Notes: a model not told the origin generated them from the sequence alone. Positions 29,735 through 40,953 are shown, counted from the stretch's first letter. The stretch: 64,000 nucleotides of DNA from Actinomycetes bacterium (GCA_021793175.1 JAJYTH010000001.1:4211-68210), one strand, 5' to 3'. Translations and numbers: made by a program.

Positions 29735-31180
29735 ATGCGCTACAGCGCGGCGCTCCCTCACAGCCCTGCCGACACCGCGCTCACCAGACTCAGCCGTTTC
29801 GCGGACAAGGGCAAGTTGTGGTGGCTCATCGCCGCCGCTTTCGCCGTCCGCAAAGGCCCGCCCCGACGCGCGGCTCTCCGCGGGATCGCCGCGCTCGTCA
29901 GCGCCAGCGCCCTCGCCAACCTCGTCGGCAAACCCCTTCTTCCCCGCCGGCGCCCCGCCGCCGAGGTCGTCCCCGAACCCCGTCGACTCCACATTCGCCC
30001 CACCTCGTCGTCGTTCCCGTCCGGACACGCCGCTTCCGCCGCCGCGTTCGTCACCGCCACAGCCCTCGAAGCACCCCGCCTCGGCGTCGTGCTCGCTCCG
30101 CTCGGCGCAGCCGTCGCCTACTCCCGTGTCCACACCGGCGTGCACTGGCCCAGCGACATCGGCGCGGGAGCTATCCTCGGCGTACTCACCGCTCTCGCCA
30201 CCCGACACTGGTGGCCCCTGCATCCAGACAGCCGAGCGGACACCACCCATCCCGCCGACGTACCGGAACTCCACGACGGAGAGCACATCCTCACCGTCGT
30301 CAACCGCAGCTCCGGAATCACCCCCGACGACCCCACTCCCGCCATCCGCAGACGCTGGCCCCGCACCGTCTTCCTCCACGCCGAACCCGGCGTCGACCTG
30401 CGGCTTCAACTCACCGAGGAACTCCGCCGCCGTGCCGGACACATTCGCGCACTCGGCGTGGCGGGAGGCGACGGCACCGTCGCAGCCGTGGCCTCAGTGG
30501 CCGCCGAGTACGGCCTTCCCCTGGCCCTCATCCCCACCGGAACGCTCAACCACTTCGCCCGAGACCTCGGCATCCGCCAGCTCGCCGACACCGACACCGC
30601 CACCCGTACCGGCAGTGCCGTGGGCATCGACCTCGGCGAAGTGGAGATCGACACCGACCATCGGACCATCCACCGCCGGTTCGTCAACACCGCCAGCCTC
30701 GGCGGCTACCCCGAGATGGTGCGTCTTCGTGAAACCATCGAACGTCGCCACCCCAAATGGCCCTCGGCCATCGTGGCCATGGTTCGTACTCTCCGGCACG
30801 CCCGCCCTTTACATGTCCGGATCCTCGGCGAGGACATGCTCGTGTGGATGCTGTTCGTCGGTAACGGCACCTACACCCCCAAGGAAGTCATCCCCTCACA
30901 TCGGCCCGCACTCGACACCGGTCTGCTCGACGTGCGTTACCTCCGCGCCGACAAACGCTATTCCCGGACCCGGTTCCTGCTCGCCGTCATCACCAACACA
31001 CTCGGCACCAGCCACGTCTACACCCAACGCGACCTGCTCGCACTCGATGTGACTCTCCTCGACGGCAACCGCCGTATCGCCACCGACGGCGAGGTCGGAC
31101 CATTGGGCAATCGGTTCCGTTTCCGCGCCCGACCCAGCACGCTGAGCGTCTACCGCCCCCGCCCCCCCCCCACAGCGTGA
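29735..31180 (+). CDS. bifunctional PAP2 phosphatase / diacylglycerol-kinase-family lipid kinase fusion protein
   Basis: The N-terminal half carries PAP2 motifs (KPLLPRRRP, PSGHAA, SRVHTGVHWPSD) within TM helices. The C-terminal half is a DAGK_cat domain (VAGGDGTV, IPTGTLNHFARD). The start is uncertain (TTG 29702 or ATG 29735). Confidence 0.8.
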   Translation: MRYSAALPHSPADTALTRLSRFADKGKLWWLIAAAFAVRKGPPRRAALRGIAALVSASALANLVGKPLLPRRRPAAEVVPEPRRLHIRPTSSSFPSGHAASAAAFVTATALEAPRLGVVLAPLGAAVAYSRVHTGVHWPSDIGAGAILGVLTALATRHWWPLHPDSRADTTHPADVPELHDGEHILTVVNRSSGITPDDPTPAIRRRWPRTVFLHAEPGVDLRLQLTEELRRRAGHIRALGVAGGDGTVAAVASVAAEYGLPLALIPTGTLNHFARDLGIRQLADTDTATRTGSAVGIDLGEVEIDTDHRTIHRRFVNTASLGGYPEMVRLRETIERRHPKWPSAIVAMVRTLRHARPLHVRILGEDMLVWMLFVGNGTYTPKEVIPSHRPALDTGLLDVRYLRADKRYSRTRFLLAVITNTLGTSHVYTQRDLLALDVTLLDGNRRIATDGEVGPLGNRFRFRARPSTLSVYRPRPPPTA

Positions 31181-31205
31181 CTAGCGTGACTCAGCCGCAA
31201 CAGGC

Positions 31206-32027
31206 TCAGGGCTCGGCCCAGCGCGTCACCCGTAGCTCGTCCCCCACGGCCACCGTGCCCGGACGGGTCACCGCGAACCGCACTCCCAGTGCCACCCCAC
31301 CGGAGATCCGCCGATACTCCGCCAACGTGCGCAACGGCTCCGGACCCACGCGTTCACCGCGTCGTTGATCGACTGTCGTCACAGCGCAGCGGACCGCGAG
31401 CTTGGTGAATCCGAGCTCCGCCGAGCCTACTTCGAACCGACGCACCCGGTCCTCGACGTGCGGTTCCTCCCAGCCGTCCACCACGAAATTGGCGCGGAAC
31501 CTGTCCATAGGCAGCGGCGCAACACCTCTGTCGGCCAGACGCGCGTTCAACTCCGCCACGCTGCGCTCGGCCATCACCAGCACCGCGCTACTGTCGGCAA
31601 ATCCCGCCGTTCCCGGTGTCTCTCCGCTGGTCACCCGGTCGAGTTCCGGCGGCACCCTCACCAACCGGCACGGTCGCCCCAGCACCGTCGACAACCATTC
31701 CGCGGCCGGATCGCCCTGATCGACACCCCGGAACGGTGCGCCGTGCATGCGGACGTCCCGGCGCGCACCATTGACATCGACCTTGATCTCGATGGCTTCC
31801 GCGCCGGGCGCCGTCAACATCAACCGCGTACCGTCGTCGTCGATCTCCGGCCGCACCACGGCCATCCGAGGAGCATTGCGCTGACTCACGAACCCGCCGT
31901 CACCGTCGTCCACCACCATGAACGTGCGGTCGTGGTTCAATCCAGCCGCCCCCAGGCCGCCCTCACGCAGCGCAACACCCGCACACCCTTTGACGGGGTA
32001 GGAGAACAGCCCGACGATTCGCGCCAT
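31206..32027 (-). CDS. MOSC domain-containing protein
   Basis: MOSC N-terminal beta-barrel (IVGLFSYPVKGCAG) plus a MOSC domain (RFRANFVV...CAVTTVDQ). Confidence 0.85.
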   Translation of the reverse strand: MARIVGLFSYPVKGCAGVALREGGLGAAGLNHDRTFMVVDDGDGGFVSQRNAPRMAVVRPEIDDDGTRLMLTAPGAEAIEIKVDVNGARRDVRMHGAPFRGVDQGDPAAEWLSTVLGRPCRLVRVPPELDRVTSGETPGTAGFADSSAVLVMAERSVAELNARLADRGVAPLPMDRFRANFVVDGWEEPHVEDRVRRFEVGSAELGFTKLAVRCAVTTVDQRRGERVGPEPLRTLAEYRRISGGVALGVRFAVTRPGTVAVGDELRVTRWAEP

Positions 32028-32038
32028 CAGGCTCAGCT

Positions 32039-32794
32039 TTAACCACCGTCACCGGACGACTCATCCGCACCACCGGACGAGCCCTCCTGCGACTGAGCCG
32101 GCATCAACGTGTCCAACTCAGCGCCCATGATCCGACGGAACTTCCGGCCGGGCCGCTCGCGGTCGAGCACCGCGACCTCCAACTTGCCCGGCTCGGCCTC
32201 ACCGCCTGCCCCTCCCGACGCAGCAGGGGCGCGCAACGCCTCGACGGCCACAGCCAACGCGTCCCCCAGTTCCATGTCGTCGGAGAACGTCTCCCGCAAC
32301 TTCGTGTTGATCGCGTCGGTCTGGCCGCCCATGACCACGAACTTGGGCTCGTCCATCACGATCGACCCGTCATAGGTCAACCGATACAACTCGTCCTCGC
32401 TCGAGTTGTTGCCGACCTCCGCCACACAGATCTCCACCTCGAACGGCTTCAACTGCTCGGTGAAGATCGTGCTCAACGTCTGCGCGTACACATTCGCCAA
32501 CGCACGCGCGTTCACGTCCCGCCGGTCGTACATGTACCCCTGCAGGTCCACGTGTCGGATCCCCCCGCGCCGGAGGCTCTCGAACTCGCTGTACCGCCCC
32601 ACAGCGGCGAAACCGATCCGGTCATAGATCTCCGAAACCTTGTGCAACGTCGGCGAAGGGTTCTCCGCCACGAACAACACGCCGCCTCGGTACTTGAGCA
32701 CGACGACGCTCCGTCCCCGCGCGATGCCTTTTCTCGCGAGCTCCGAACGCTCGCGCATCAATTGCTCGGGTGAGGCGTACAGCGGCATCGTCAC
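32039..32794 (-). CDS. prcA: proteasome subunit alpha
   Basis: [30 protein letters not shown] is nearly identical to the actinobacterial PrcA N-terminus. The start is GTG 32794 or ATG 32788. Confidence 0.95.
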   Translation of the reverse strand: MTMPLYASPEQLMRERSELARKGIARGRSVVVLKYRGGVLFVAENPSPTLHKVSEIYDRIGFAAVGRYSEFESLRRGGIRHVDLQGYMYDRRDVNARALANVYAQTLSTIFTEQLKPFEVEICVAEVGNNSSEDELYRLTYDGSIVMDEPKFVVMGGQTDAINTKLRETFSDDMELGDALAVAVEALRAPAASGGAGGEAEPGKLEVAVLDRERPGRKFRRIMGAELDTLMPAQSQEGSSGGADESSGDGG

Positions 32795-32869
32795 TGGCGT
32801 TGGCTCCGCTCTGCTCGATAGTCTGACAGGACTACAGGAAGGATTACCTACTCGGCCGGGCCCCAGACG

Positions 32870-33739
32870 TCAGCCCAGCTGACCGGGCCGTTCCGAGCGC
32901 TCACGCACCACGGCCTCGGCGATGGCCGCCGTCTCCTCGCTGGGCAACACCACAGCACCGCGCTCGGCGGTGATCGTCACCACCGTGGGGTAGATGCGGC
33001 GCACGAGGTCAGGGCCACCGGTGGCGGTGTCGTCGTCGGCGGCGTCGTACAACGACTCGATCGCGGCACGCACCGCCGCCTCCGCGTCAGCCTCCGGGTC
33101 GTACAGCTTCTTCAGCGACGACTTCGCATACGCCGATCCCGACCCGATTGCGTGGAACCCGGCGTTCTCCTCGTAGCGACCACCGGTCACGTCGAACGAC
33201 ACGATCCGCCCCGCCTTCTTCGGGTCGTCCGCATCGATGTCGTACCCCACGAACAACGGCAACACGGCCAGACCTGCCAGAGCCCCGTCCAGGTTGCCCT
33301 TCACCATGTTCGCCAGCTTGTTGGCCTTACCGTCCAACGACAGCGAGACGCCCTCGATCTTCTCGTAGTGCGCCAACTCCACCGTGTAGAGCCGCACCAG
33401 CTCGAGGGCGATCCCCGCTGTCCCCGCGATACCCACCGCCGAGTACGCATCGGTGACATACACCTTTTCCAGATCGCGGCTGGCGATCGTGTTGCCGCTG
33501 GTGGCCCTGCGGTCACCGGCGATCAACACGCCGCCGTTGAACGTGGACGCCACGATCGTGGTCCCGTGCGGAGGCTCGAATGCGCTTCCTCCACCCGGAA
33601 CAGCGGGCATGTTCCCCATCCGCGCGCGAGGCAACAGTTCCGGAGCCTCGGCCTTGAGGAAATCGATGAACGACGACGTCGTCGGCGACAGATACGCAGC
33701 GGGCAACGTGAAGCCCGCGCTTCGCGGCGTGTGTTCCAT
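32870..33739 (-). CDS. prcB: proteasome subunit beta (with propeptide)
   Basis: A propeptide of about 58 aa ends at ...PPHG, followed by TTIVASTF (catalytic Thr1) on the Ntn-hydrolase fold. Confidence 0.95.
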   Translation of the reverse strand: MEHTPRSAGFTLPAAYLSPTTSSFIDFLKAEAPELLPRARMGNMPAVPGGGSAFEPPHGTTIVASTFNGGVLIAGDRRATSGNTIASRDLEKVYVTDAYSAVGIAGTAGIALELVRLYTVELAHYEKIEGVSLSLDGKANKLANMVKGNLDGALAGLAVLPLFVGYDIDADDPKKAGRIVSFDVTGGRYEENAGFHAIGSGSAYAKSSLKKLYDPEADAEAAVRAAIESLYDAADDDTATGGPDLVRRIYPTVVTITAERGAVVLPSEETAAIAEAVVRERSERPGQLG

Positions 33740-33831
33740 GCGTGCTCGTGGTTCCCCTCGACGAGGATGAACAGGACAACAGCTTATCGACCTTCAGTGA
33801 TCGACAAGCCTAGGAGATGGGCCCGCGCCGC

Positions 33832-34023
33832 CTACTCGCCGCCCTTCTGAACATAGGCACGCACGAAGTCCTCCGCGTTCTCCTCCAACACGTCATCGAT
33901 CTCGTCGAGGATCGTGTCCACGTCCTCGCCGACCTTCTCCTGACGTTCCTGGCCCGCAGCGGCGTCGACCTCGACGTCGTCGGAGTCTCCACCACCGTGC
34001 TTCTCGATGCGCTCCTGAGCCAT
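33832..34023 (-). CDS. pup: prokaryotic ubiquitin-like protein Pup (GGE C-terminus)
   Basis: 63 aa: MAQERIEKHGGGDSDD...ILDEIDDVLEENAEDFVRAYVQKGGE. GGGAGG lies 7 nt upstream of ATG 34023. It sits between dop and prcB. Confidence 0.95.
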   Translation of the reverse strand: MAQERIEKHGGGDSDDVEVDAAAGQERQEKVGEDVDTILDEIDDVLEENAEDFVRAYVQKGGE

Positions 34024-34136
34024 ACTCGCCTCCCGATCCGGCACTTGCTTCCTAGCCTACCCAGAGTCGCGCACTTTCGGGGCCGCGTCGGCAGCGCGTC
34101 GACCCGTGGTCAGTCCTCGATCGCGCCCCGGCCGAG

Positions 34137-35639
34137 TTATTTCGCCGAGGTCAACGCCTCCACGAGTTCCTCGGCGGTCTCCGCCTCGTCCAACAACTGC
34201 CCCACGTGCGCCTTGGTTCCTCGCAGCGGTTCCAAGGTCGGAATCCGTACCAACGACTCCTTACCCACGTCGAAGATCAGCGAATCCCACGACGCCGCCG
34301 CGATCGAGTCCGCGTACTTCTCCAACGCCCGGCCCCGGAAATAGGCCCGGGTGTCCGGCGGCGGGGTCGTCATGGCCGCCTGCACCTCTTCCTCGCTGAC
34401 CAGCCGCTTCATCGACCCGCGCGCCACCAACCGGTTGTACAGACCCTTGTCCAGCCGCACGTCCGAGTACTGCAGGTCGACCATGTGCAGACGCGGCGCA
34501 GCCCACCCCAGCGAGTCCCGCTCGCGATACGCCTCCAACAGCCGCAGCTTCGCGGGCCAGTCGAGCCGATCGGCGCACTCCTGCGGATCCCGGGCCAACG
34601 CATCGAGCGTCTCGCCCCACAACCGCAGGATCTCCTTCGACTGTTCGTCAGCGCCCACCCGCTCCAGGTGCTGCGCCGCCAGATCGTGATAGGCATACTG
34701 CAGATCAAGCGCCGTGTACCGACGCCCGTTGGCCAGTTCCACAGTCGTCTTCAGCGTCGGGTCGTGGCTGATCTGGTGCACCGCGCGCACCGGCTCTTCT
34801 AACTTCAGGTCGTCGAACCGGACCCCGTGCTCGATCATGTCGATCACCAGCGCGGCGGTGCCCAACTTCAGATACGTGGCGTATTCCGCCAGATTCGCGT
34901 CCCCGATGATGACGTGCAGGCGCCGGTACTTGTCGGCGTCCGCGTGCGGTTCGTCCCGGGTGTTGATGATCCCGCGTTTGAGCGTGGTCTCAAGCCCGAC
35001 CTCGACCTCGATGTAGTCGGCGCGCTGCGACAACTGGTACCCAGCCCGCTCACCCTGCTGGCCGATACCCACCCGCCCCGAACCGGTGATCACCTGACGG
35101 GAGACGAAGAACGGCGTCAGCCCCGTGATCACCGCCGTGAACGGCGTCGAGCGCTTCATCAGATAGTTCTCGTGCGTGCCGTAGCTAGCACCCTTGCCGT
35201 CGATGTTGTTCTTGTAGAGCTGCAACGGCGACTGACCCGGCACGGTGGCCGCGCGTCTCGCGGCCTCCTCCATCACACGTTCCCCCGCCTTGTCCCAGAT
35301 GACCGCGTCCCGGGCGTTCGTCACCTCGGGAGCGGAGTACTCGGGGTGAGCGTGGTCGACGTAGAGCCGAGCACCGTTGGTGAGGATCACGTTCGCAGCC
35401 CCGAGATCCTCCATGTCGGGGTCCTGCCCCTGCTGCGTCGGACCGGCGAGGTCGAACCCTCGCGCGTCCCGCAACGGTGACTCCACCTCGTAGTCCCAGC
35501 GAGCCCGGCGTGCCCGCGGAATGTCCGCGACCGCCGCGTAGGCCAACACCACCTGAGTGGACGTCAGCACCGGGTTCGCGGTCGGGTCACCCGGTACCGC
35601 GATCCCGTACTCCACCTCGGTTCCCATGATCCGGCGCAT
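34137..35639 (-). CDS. dop: Pup deamidase/depupylase Dop
   Basis: [15 protein letters not shown]..., 500 aa. It is a PafA paralogue carrying the Dop-specific loop insertion, and lies upstream of pup. Confidence 0.95.
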   Translation of the reverse strand: MRRIMGTEVEYGIAVPGDPTANPVLTSTQVVLAYAAVADIPRARRARWDYEVESPLRDARGFDLAGPTQQGQDPDMEDLGAANVILTNGARLYVDHAHPEYSAPEVTNARDAVIWDKAGERVMEEAARRAATVPGQSPLQLYKNNIDGKGASYGTHENYLMKRSTPFTAVITGLTPFFVSRQVITGSGRVGIGQQGERAGYQLSQRADYIEVEVGLETTLKRGIINTRDEPHADADKYRRLHVIIGDANLAEYATYLKLGTAALVIDMIEHGVRFDDLKLEEPVRAVHQISHDPTLKTTVELANGRRYTALDLQYAYHDLAAQHLERVGADEQSKEILRLWGETLDALARDPQECADRLDWPAKLRLLEAYRERDSLGWAAPRLHMVDLQYSDVRLDKGLYNRLVARGSMKRLVSEEEVQAAMTTPPPDTRAYFRGRALEKYADSIAAASWDSLIFDVGKESLVRIPTLEPLRGTKAHVGQLLDEAETAEELVEALTSAK

Positions 35640-35744
35640 ACCCCCAGCCTACGGGTCTTCGACGGAAAACCCTCGACGAAACAGCGGCTGAGTGAAGAAC
35701 ACCGTCCCGTCTCGCCCGAGTGCAGTACTCGGCGATCCGAACGG

Positions 35745-36692
35745 TCACCGCCAGATCAGCGCCGACCGTTCAGCCCAGTACTCCTCCGGAGTCCGCGCCA
35801 ACACATCGAGTCCGGACAGGGTGTCGGCCCCGAGTGACACGGCCGCACCCGCGAGATTCGAGCGGAGTTGGTCCACACTCGCCGGGCCGATGAGCACCAC
35901 GTCCGCCCACGGCTGTGTGTACACGGCGGCCACCGCCACCGCGTCGCAACCGACTCCGTATCGCCGCGCAACCTCGACCAGCGGTGCCGGCGGGTCCACG
36001 GCCAGGCGACCGTTGGCCAGGGTCTCCTTCACCTGCACGAGGACACCGGACTCGTGCGCTTCCCGCAACGCCGTGCCCGCCGAACGCTCCAGTAGGTTCC
36101 ACGTCGACTGCACGGCTGTGAACACCGGGCGACCCTTGACCTCGAGCTCCAACGCCCGTCGGATCGTGTCGGCCTGCTTCGCACCCGAGGTCGAGAACCC
36201 GACCCGCACACCGGTGTCCGCGAGCTCAGCCAACGCTGCCAGCAGCGCCTGGTCGGTGAACAGCGGGCTGTCGAGCGTCAGCGAATGCACCTGGTACAAC
36301 GACACCGTTTCACCCAGCAAAGAGCGCGTCCTCTCCCACTGGGCGCGGAACCGTGGCAGCGAGTGTTCCTTGACCTCGTGGACTTCGGCGTCCATACGCC
36401 ACTCGCCCACGTAGGCGTACCCCCACTTGCTGGAGACGACGACGTCGTCGTAGCCCCGGTCGTCCAGCCACGCTGCGAGGAACTCCTCCGCACGGCCGTA
36501 CGAACGCGCCACGTCCACTCGTCGGACACCCTCGGTGTAGGCGGCGTCCAACACCGCGTACGTCACCTCGCGCATGTCCGACACCTCGCGCCCGGACGGC
36601 AGGACTCCCGCCCGCCCCAGATTGATGTAAGCGGGCCGCCCGATCGCCGCGAGCCCTATGGCCGTCCGTGCGAGTGCGTTCATAAGTGTCAC
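35745..36692 (-). CDS. aldo/keto reductase
   Basis: AKR fold motifs (DVARSYG, VVVSSKWGY, LYQVHS) and about 315 aa. The start is GTG 36692 or ATG 36683. Confidence 0.85.
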   Translation of the reverse strand: MTLMNALARTAIGLAAIGRPAYINLGRAGVLPSGREVSDMREVTYAVLDAAYTEGVRRVDVARSYGRAEEFLAAWLDDRGYDDVVVSSKWGYAYVGEWRMDAEVHEVKEHSLPRFRAQWERTRSLLGETVSLYQVHSLTLDSPLFTDQALLAALAELADTGVRVGFSTSGAKQADTIRRALELEVKGRPVFTAVQSTWNLLERSAGTALREAHESGVLVQVKETLANGRLAVDPPAPLVEVARRYGVGCDAVAVAAVYTQPWADVVLIGPASVDQLRSNLAGAAVSLGADTLSGLDVLARTPEEYWAERSALIWR

Positions 36693-36742
36693 CGTAGTTG
36701 TCAGACGTCGACGAAGGGGAATCGAACAGTCTCATGCCTACG

Positions 36743-36761
36743 CGTATAGGTCGTTATACAT
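36743..36761. promoter_or_regulatory. AT-rich 19-mer CGTATAGGTCGTTATACAT, copy 1 (candidate operator)
   Basis: Identical to the 19-mer at 37123-37141. It has an internal dyad GTATA-N6-TATAC. It overlaps the TAA stop of the 119-aa ORF and lies 50 nt upstream of the aldo/keto reductase start. Confidence 0.6.
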
Positions 36762-37113
36762 TTTCGGCGCGGCGACGCATCAGTTCGAGGAACTGCTCGG
36801 ACGACAGCACCTCGCGATGCAGCTTTTCCAACCGCGCCGCCGGCGCCCTCACGTAACCCTTACCGAACACCGGCGCGATCTGCCGCAGACTCGCCCCTGC
36901 CTCCCTGGCCGCCAACAACGCCCAGTCCGAGGCGTTGGCACAGGCTGTCGACGCCTGCCGCAACTGCCCCAACAGGTCGATCAGCGCATCGGCGTCCAAC
37001 TCCCCCGCGCGCACCGCCTCCGCCGCCTCTTCCAGCCAGGCCAATACATCGGCCGCCGTGACCGGCGCGCGTAGACGATCGGCGGACGCTGCGGATGTCA
37101 CCTCTTCTGCCAT
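36754..37113 (-). CDS. hypothetical protein with a probable C-terminal helix-turn-helix
   Basis: 119-aa ORF with high third-position GC. The segment AGASLRQIAPVFGKGYVRAPAARLEKL resembles an HTH. I recognise no family. Confidence 0.6.
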   Translation of the reverse strand: MAEEVTSAASADRLRAPVTAADVLAWLEEAAEAVRAGELDADALIDLLGQLRQASTACANASDWALLAAREAGASLRQIAPVFGKGYVRAPAARLEKLHREVLSSEQFLELMRRRAENV

Positions 37114-37122
37114 ACGCTCGAT

Positions 37123-37141
37123 CGTATAGGTCGTTATACAT
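37123..37141. promoter_or_regulatory. AT-rich 19-mer CGTATAGGTCGTTATACAT, copy 2 (candidate operator/promoter)
   Basis: A perfect repeat of 36743-36761 in the same orientation. It ends 9 nt upstream of ATG 37113. On the coding strand, TACGAT (TANNNT) at 37126-37121 lies 7 nt before the ATG, which suggests a leaderless transcript. Confidence 0.6.
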
Positions 37142-37182
37142 CCCTCGTGGGATTACGCGCAGGCGTGTCACCACGCAAAGGC

Positions 37183-37214
37183 GGGGCTCCCGCAGCACCT
37201 GCCACGGGAGCCCC
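37183..37214 (-). terminator. intrinsic terminator hairpin downstream of arc
   Basis: GGGGCTCCCG (37183-37192) pairs with CGGGAGCCCC (37205-37214), with a 12-nt loop. It begins 24 nt past the arc stop codon. Confidence 0.6.
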
Positions 37215-37237
37215 GTGAACCCACCTCCGCAAAACCC

Positions 37238-39046
37238 TCAGAGGTACTGACCGGTGTTGGTGGCCGTGTCGATCACCCGTCCGGACTCCTGGTTCTTGCC
37301 GGTCACGAGCGTGCGGATGTAGACGATCCGCTCGCCCTTCTTGCCCGAGATCCGTGCCCAGTCATCCGGGTTGGTGGTGTTGGGCAGGTCCTCGTTCTCC
37401 GCGAACTCGTCCACGATCGCGTCCAACAGGTGCTGCACACGCAAACCGGGCTGCTTGGTCTCCAGCACTGACTTGATCGCCGCCTTCTTCGCCCGGTCCA
37501 CGATGTTCTGGATCATCGCGCCGGAGTTGAAGTCGCGGAAGTACAGCACCTCCTTGTCACCGTTGGCGTAGGTGACTTCCAGGAACCGGTTCTCGTCGGA
37601 CTCCTCGTACATCCGCTCGACGGTGTGCTGGATCATCGCATCGATCGTGGCCTGCCGATCCCCACCGAACTCCGCCAGATCATCGGCGTGGATAGGCAGA
37701 TCGGGCGTCAGGTACTTCGAGAAGATGTCCTTCGCGCCCTCGGCGTCGGGACGCTCGATCTTGATCTTGACGTCCAGCCTGCCCGGCCGCAAGATCGCCG
37801 GGTCGATCATGTCTTCCCGGTTCGAGGCGCCGATCACGATGACGTTCTCCAGGCCCTCGACGCCGTCGATCTCCGACAGCAACTGGGGCACGATCGTGGT
37901 CTCCACGTCCGACGAGACACCGCTGCCCCGCGTCCGGAAGATCGACTCCATCTCGTCGAAGAACACGATCACGGGAGTTCCGTCGGACGCCTTCTCGCGC
38001 GCCCGCTGGAAAATCATCCGGATGTGTCGTTCGGTCTCACCGACGAACTTGTTGAGCAGCTCGGGGCCCTTGATGTTGAGGAAGTAGGACTTCGCGTCCT
38101 TCTCCCCCGTGGCCGCGGCGACCTGCTTGGCCAACGAGTTCGCCACCGCCTTGGCGATCAGCGTCTTCCCACATCCCGGCGGGCCGTAGAGGAGCACGCC
38201 CTTCGGCGGCGTCAACTTGTACTGGGTGTACAGATCGGCGTGGAGGAACGGCAACTCGACCGCGTCCCTGATCTGCTCGATCTGCCGGAACAGGCCACCG
38301 ATGTCCTCGTACCGGACGTCGGGCACCTCCTCCAGTACCAGGTCCTCGACCTCGGCCTTGGGCACCCGCTCGTACGCGTAGCCCGCCTTGGAATCCACCA
38401 GGATCGAGTCGCCGGGCTTGAGCGTCTGCTCCGCCAACGGGTCGGCCAGCCATACGACCCGCTCCTCGTCGGTGTGGCCCGCCACCAGCGCGCGGGCACT
38501 GCCGCCCTCGGTGTCGGGTGCCAGCACTTCCCGCAAAGTGCAGACTTCGCCCGTGTTCTCGAAACCACCGCCCTCCACCACGGTCAACGCCTCGTTGAGC
38601 CGGACGCTCTGCCCGCGCCGCAGACTTTCCACGTCCACCGTGGGCGACACGGCGACCCGCATCTTGCGGCCCGAGGTGAACACGTCCACCGTGTTGTCGT
38701 CGTAAGCGGCGATGAACACGCCGTAGCCACTCGGAGGTTGCGCGAGTCGATCGACCTCCTCCCGCAGCGCCAACAGCTGGCTCCGCGCCTCGCGCAGAGT
38801 CTCGACCAGCTTGTCGTTGCGCTCGGTGAGCTGGCTCACACGCTCGTTCGCCTCGGCCAGCCGTTGCTCCAGCACACGATTCTGCCGGGGCGAGTCGGTG
38901 AGCTTGCGACGGAGCAGCGCCACCTCCTCCTCGAGAAAGCGGATCTGACGCGCCTGCTCGCTCGATGGGGTCTCCGTGGTTCCGGCTCCGCCTGTCTCTG
39001 AAGAGTCGGCCTCGTTGTGCCGACCTCCGGGAAGGTCGTGTTGCAT
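37238..39046 (-). CDS. arc: proteasome-associated AAA ATPase ARC/Mpa
   Basis: N-terminal coiled coil, OB domains, AAA module (GPPGCGKT, Walker B FFDEMES) and the C-terminal ...GQYL docking motif. ATG 39046 is preceded by GAGGAGG. Confidence 0.95.
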   Translation of the reverse strand: MQHDLPGGRHNEADSSETGGAGTTETPSSEQARQIRFLEEEVALLRRKLTDSPRQNRVLEQRLAEANERVSQLTERNDKLVETLREARSQLLALREEVDRLAQPPSGYGVFIAAYDDNTVDVFTSGRKMRVAVSPTVDVESLRRGQSVRLNEALTVVEGGGFENTGEVCTLREVLAPDTEGGSARALVAGHTDEERVVWLADPLAEQTLKPGDSILVDSKAGYAYERVPKAEVEDLVLEEVPDVRYEDIGGLFRQIEQIRDAVELPFLHADLYTQYKLTPPKGVLLYGPPGCGKTLIAKAVANSLAKQVAAATGEKDAKSYFLNIKGPELLNKFVGETERHIRMIFQRAREKASDGTPVIVFFDEMESIFRTRGSGVSSDVETTIVPQLLSEIDGVEGLENVIVIGASNREDMIDPAILRPGRLDVKIKIERPDAEGAKDIFSKYLTPDLPIHADDLAEFGGDRQATIDAMIQHTVERMYEESDENRFLEVTYANGDKEVLYFRDFNSGAMIQNIVDRAKKAAIKSVLETKQPGLRVQHLLDAIVDEFAENEDLPNTTNPDDWARISGKKGERIVYIRTLVTGKNQESGRVIDTATNTGQYL

Positions 39047-39402
39047 TTCGGCACCTCCTCGGAATGCATTTCTTTCCACGGTACCGGCGATCACCGACAT
39101 GAGAAGCCCTATCTGCGTTACAGAATCGGCGCGTCGTCCGGTTGCCGCGGAGTACCCGCTGACGTTCGGTACGACTCTGCGACGTAGGCCTCGTCCGTGG
39201 GCTCATCCGCATGTCACAACCCCGGTGACGGGCGGTGATGACAATGTGCGACGACGATGGGCCACCCGGCGCTCCCACTACCCGAACGGGTAAGAAACGC
39301 GGCCGATTACCCCTCTACGATCTCCAGGATCACCACTTCGAATGGAACTTCGCAGCGAATGCCGGAGTCCAACCCACAGGCACGACCAAGGAAGGGGAAG
39401 CC

Positions 39403-40107
39403 GTGACGTATCCACCGCAACCCGGACAGCCCGACCCGTACGGGGGGCAACAACCCCAACAACCCGGATTCCCGGGCTCCGGCCCCATGCCCCAGCAGCC
39501 CGGCGCCTACCCCGGAGGCCAGCAATACGGACAGCCCGGGTTGGGACAGCCCGGATTCGGAGGCCCCGGCGCCCCACCACCCCAGAAAAAGAAGACCGGC
39601 CTCATCGTCGGCCTCTCCATCGCCGCCGTCGCCGTCATCGGCGGCGCCGTCGCCCTCATCCTCCTCCTCACCGGAGACAGCGACGACGAAGAATCGGACA
39701 CCGTCGCATCGCCCACGGAACAAAGCGCACCGCAGGAGCCGAACGAAACGCCGGGTGCGGGACCGGGTGGACTCCCACCGAACCCTGGAGCACCGAACCC
39801 TGACGGCCCGGGACAAGCTCCCGCCGACTCACAGGGCGAGAAGGCGGCCGTCGAGGCTCTCGCCGACTCACTCGTCGATGCGTTGAACAACCGGGACGTA
39901 GGAGCGGCCAACTCCCTGATGTGTCCGGGCCAAGGGGAGTTCAAGGTGGAGGAGATGCCCGACGACGCACAGTTCAGCAGGCCCGGCGAAGCGACCGTGA
40001 CAGGAGACACGGCGACGGTGCCGATGCGGGCGACGTACTCCGGTAAGAACGACGATGCGGACTTCCCCGTGAAGAAGCAGGGCGGCACCTGGTGCTTCGG
40101 TATGTGA
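39403..40107 (+). CDS. Pro/Gly/Gln-rich single-pass membrane protein
   Basis: GTG 39403 is preceded by GGAAGGGGA. The N-terminus is PQPGQPDPYGGQQPQQPGF repeats, followed by a TM helix (GLIVGLSIAAVAVIGGAVALILLL), an acidic linker and a roughly 90-aa extracytoplasmic domain with 2 Cys. Confidence 0.7.
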   Translation: MTYPPQPGQPDPYGGQQPQQPGFPGSGPMPQQPGAYPGGQQYGQPGLGQPGFGGPGAPPPQKKKTGLIVGLSIAAVAVIGGAVALILLLTGDSDDEESDTVASPTEQSAPQEPNETPGAGPGGLPPNPGAPNPDGPGQAPADSQGEKAAVEALADSLVDALNNRDVGAANSLMCPGQGEFKVEEMPDDAQFSRPGEATVTGDTATVPMRATYSGKNDDADFPVKKQGGTWCFGM

Positions 40108-40119
40108 CGCCCCGGATCC

Positions 40120-40953
<834 letters not shown>

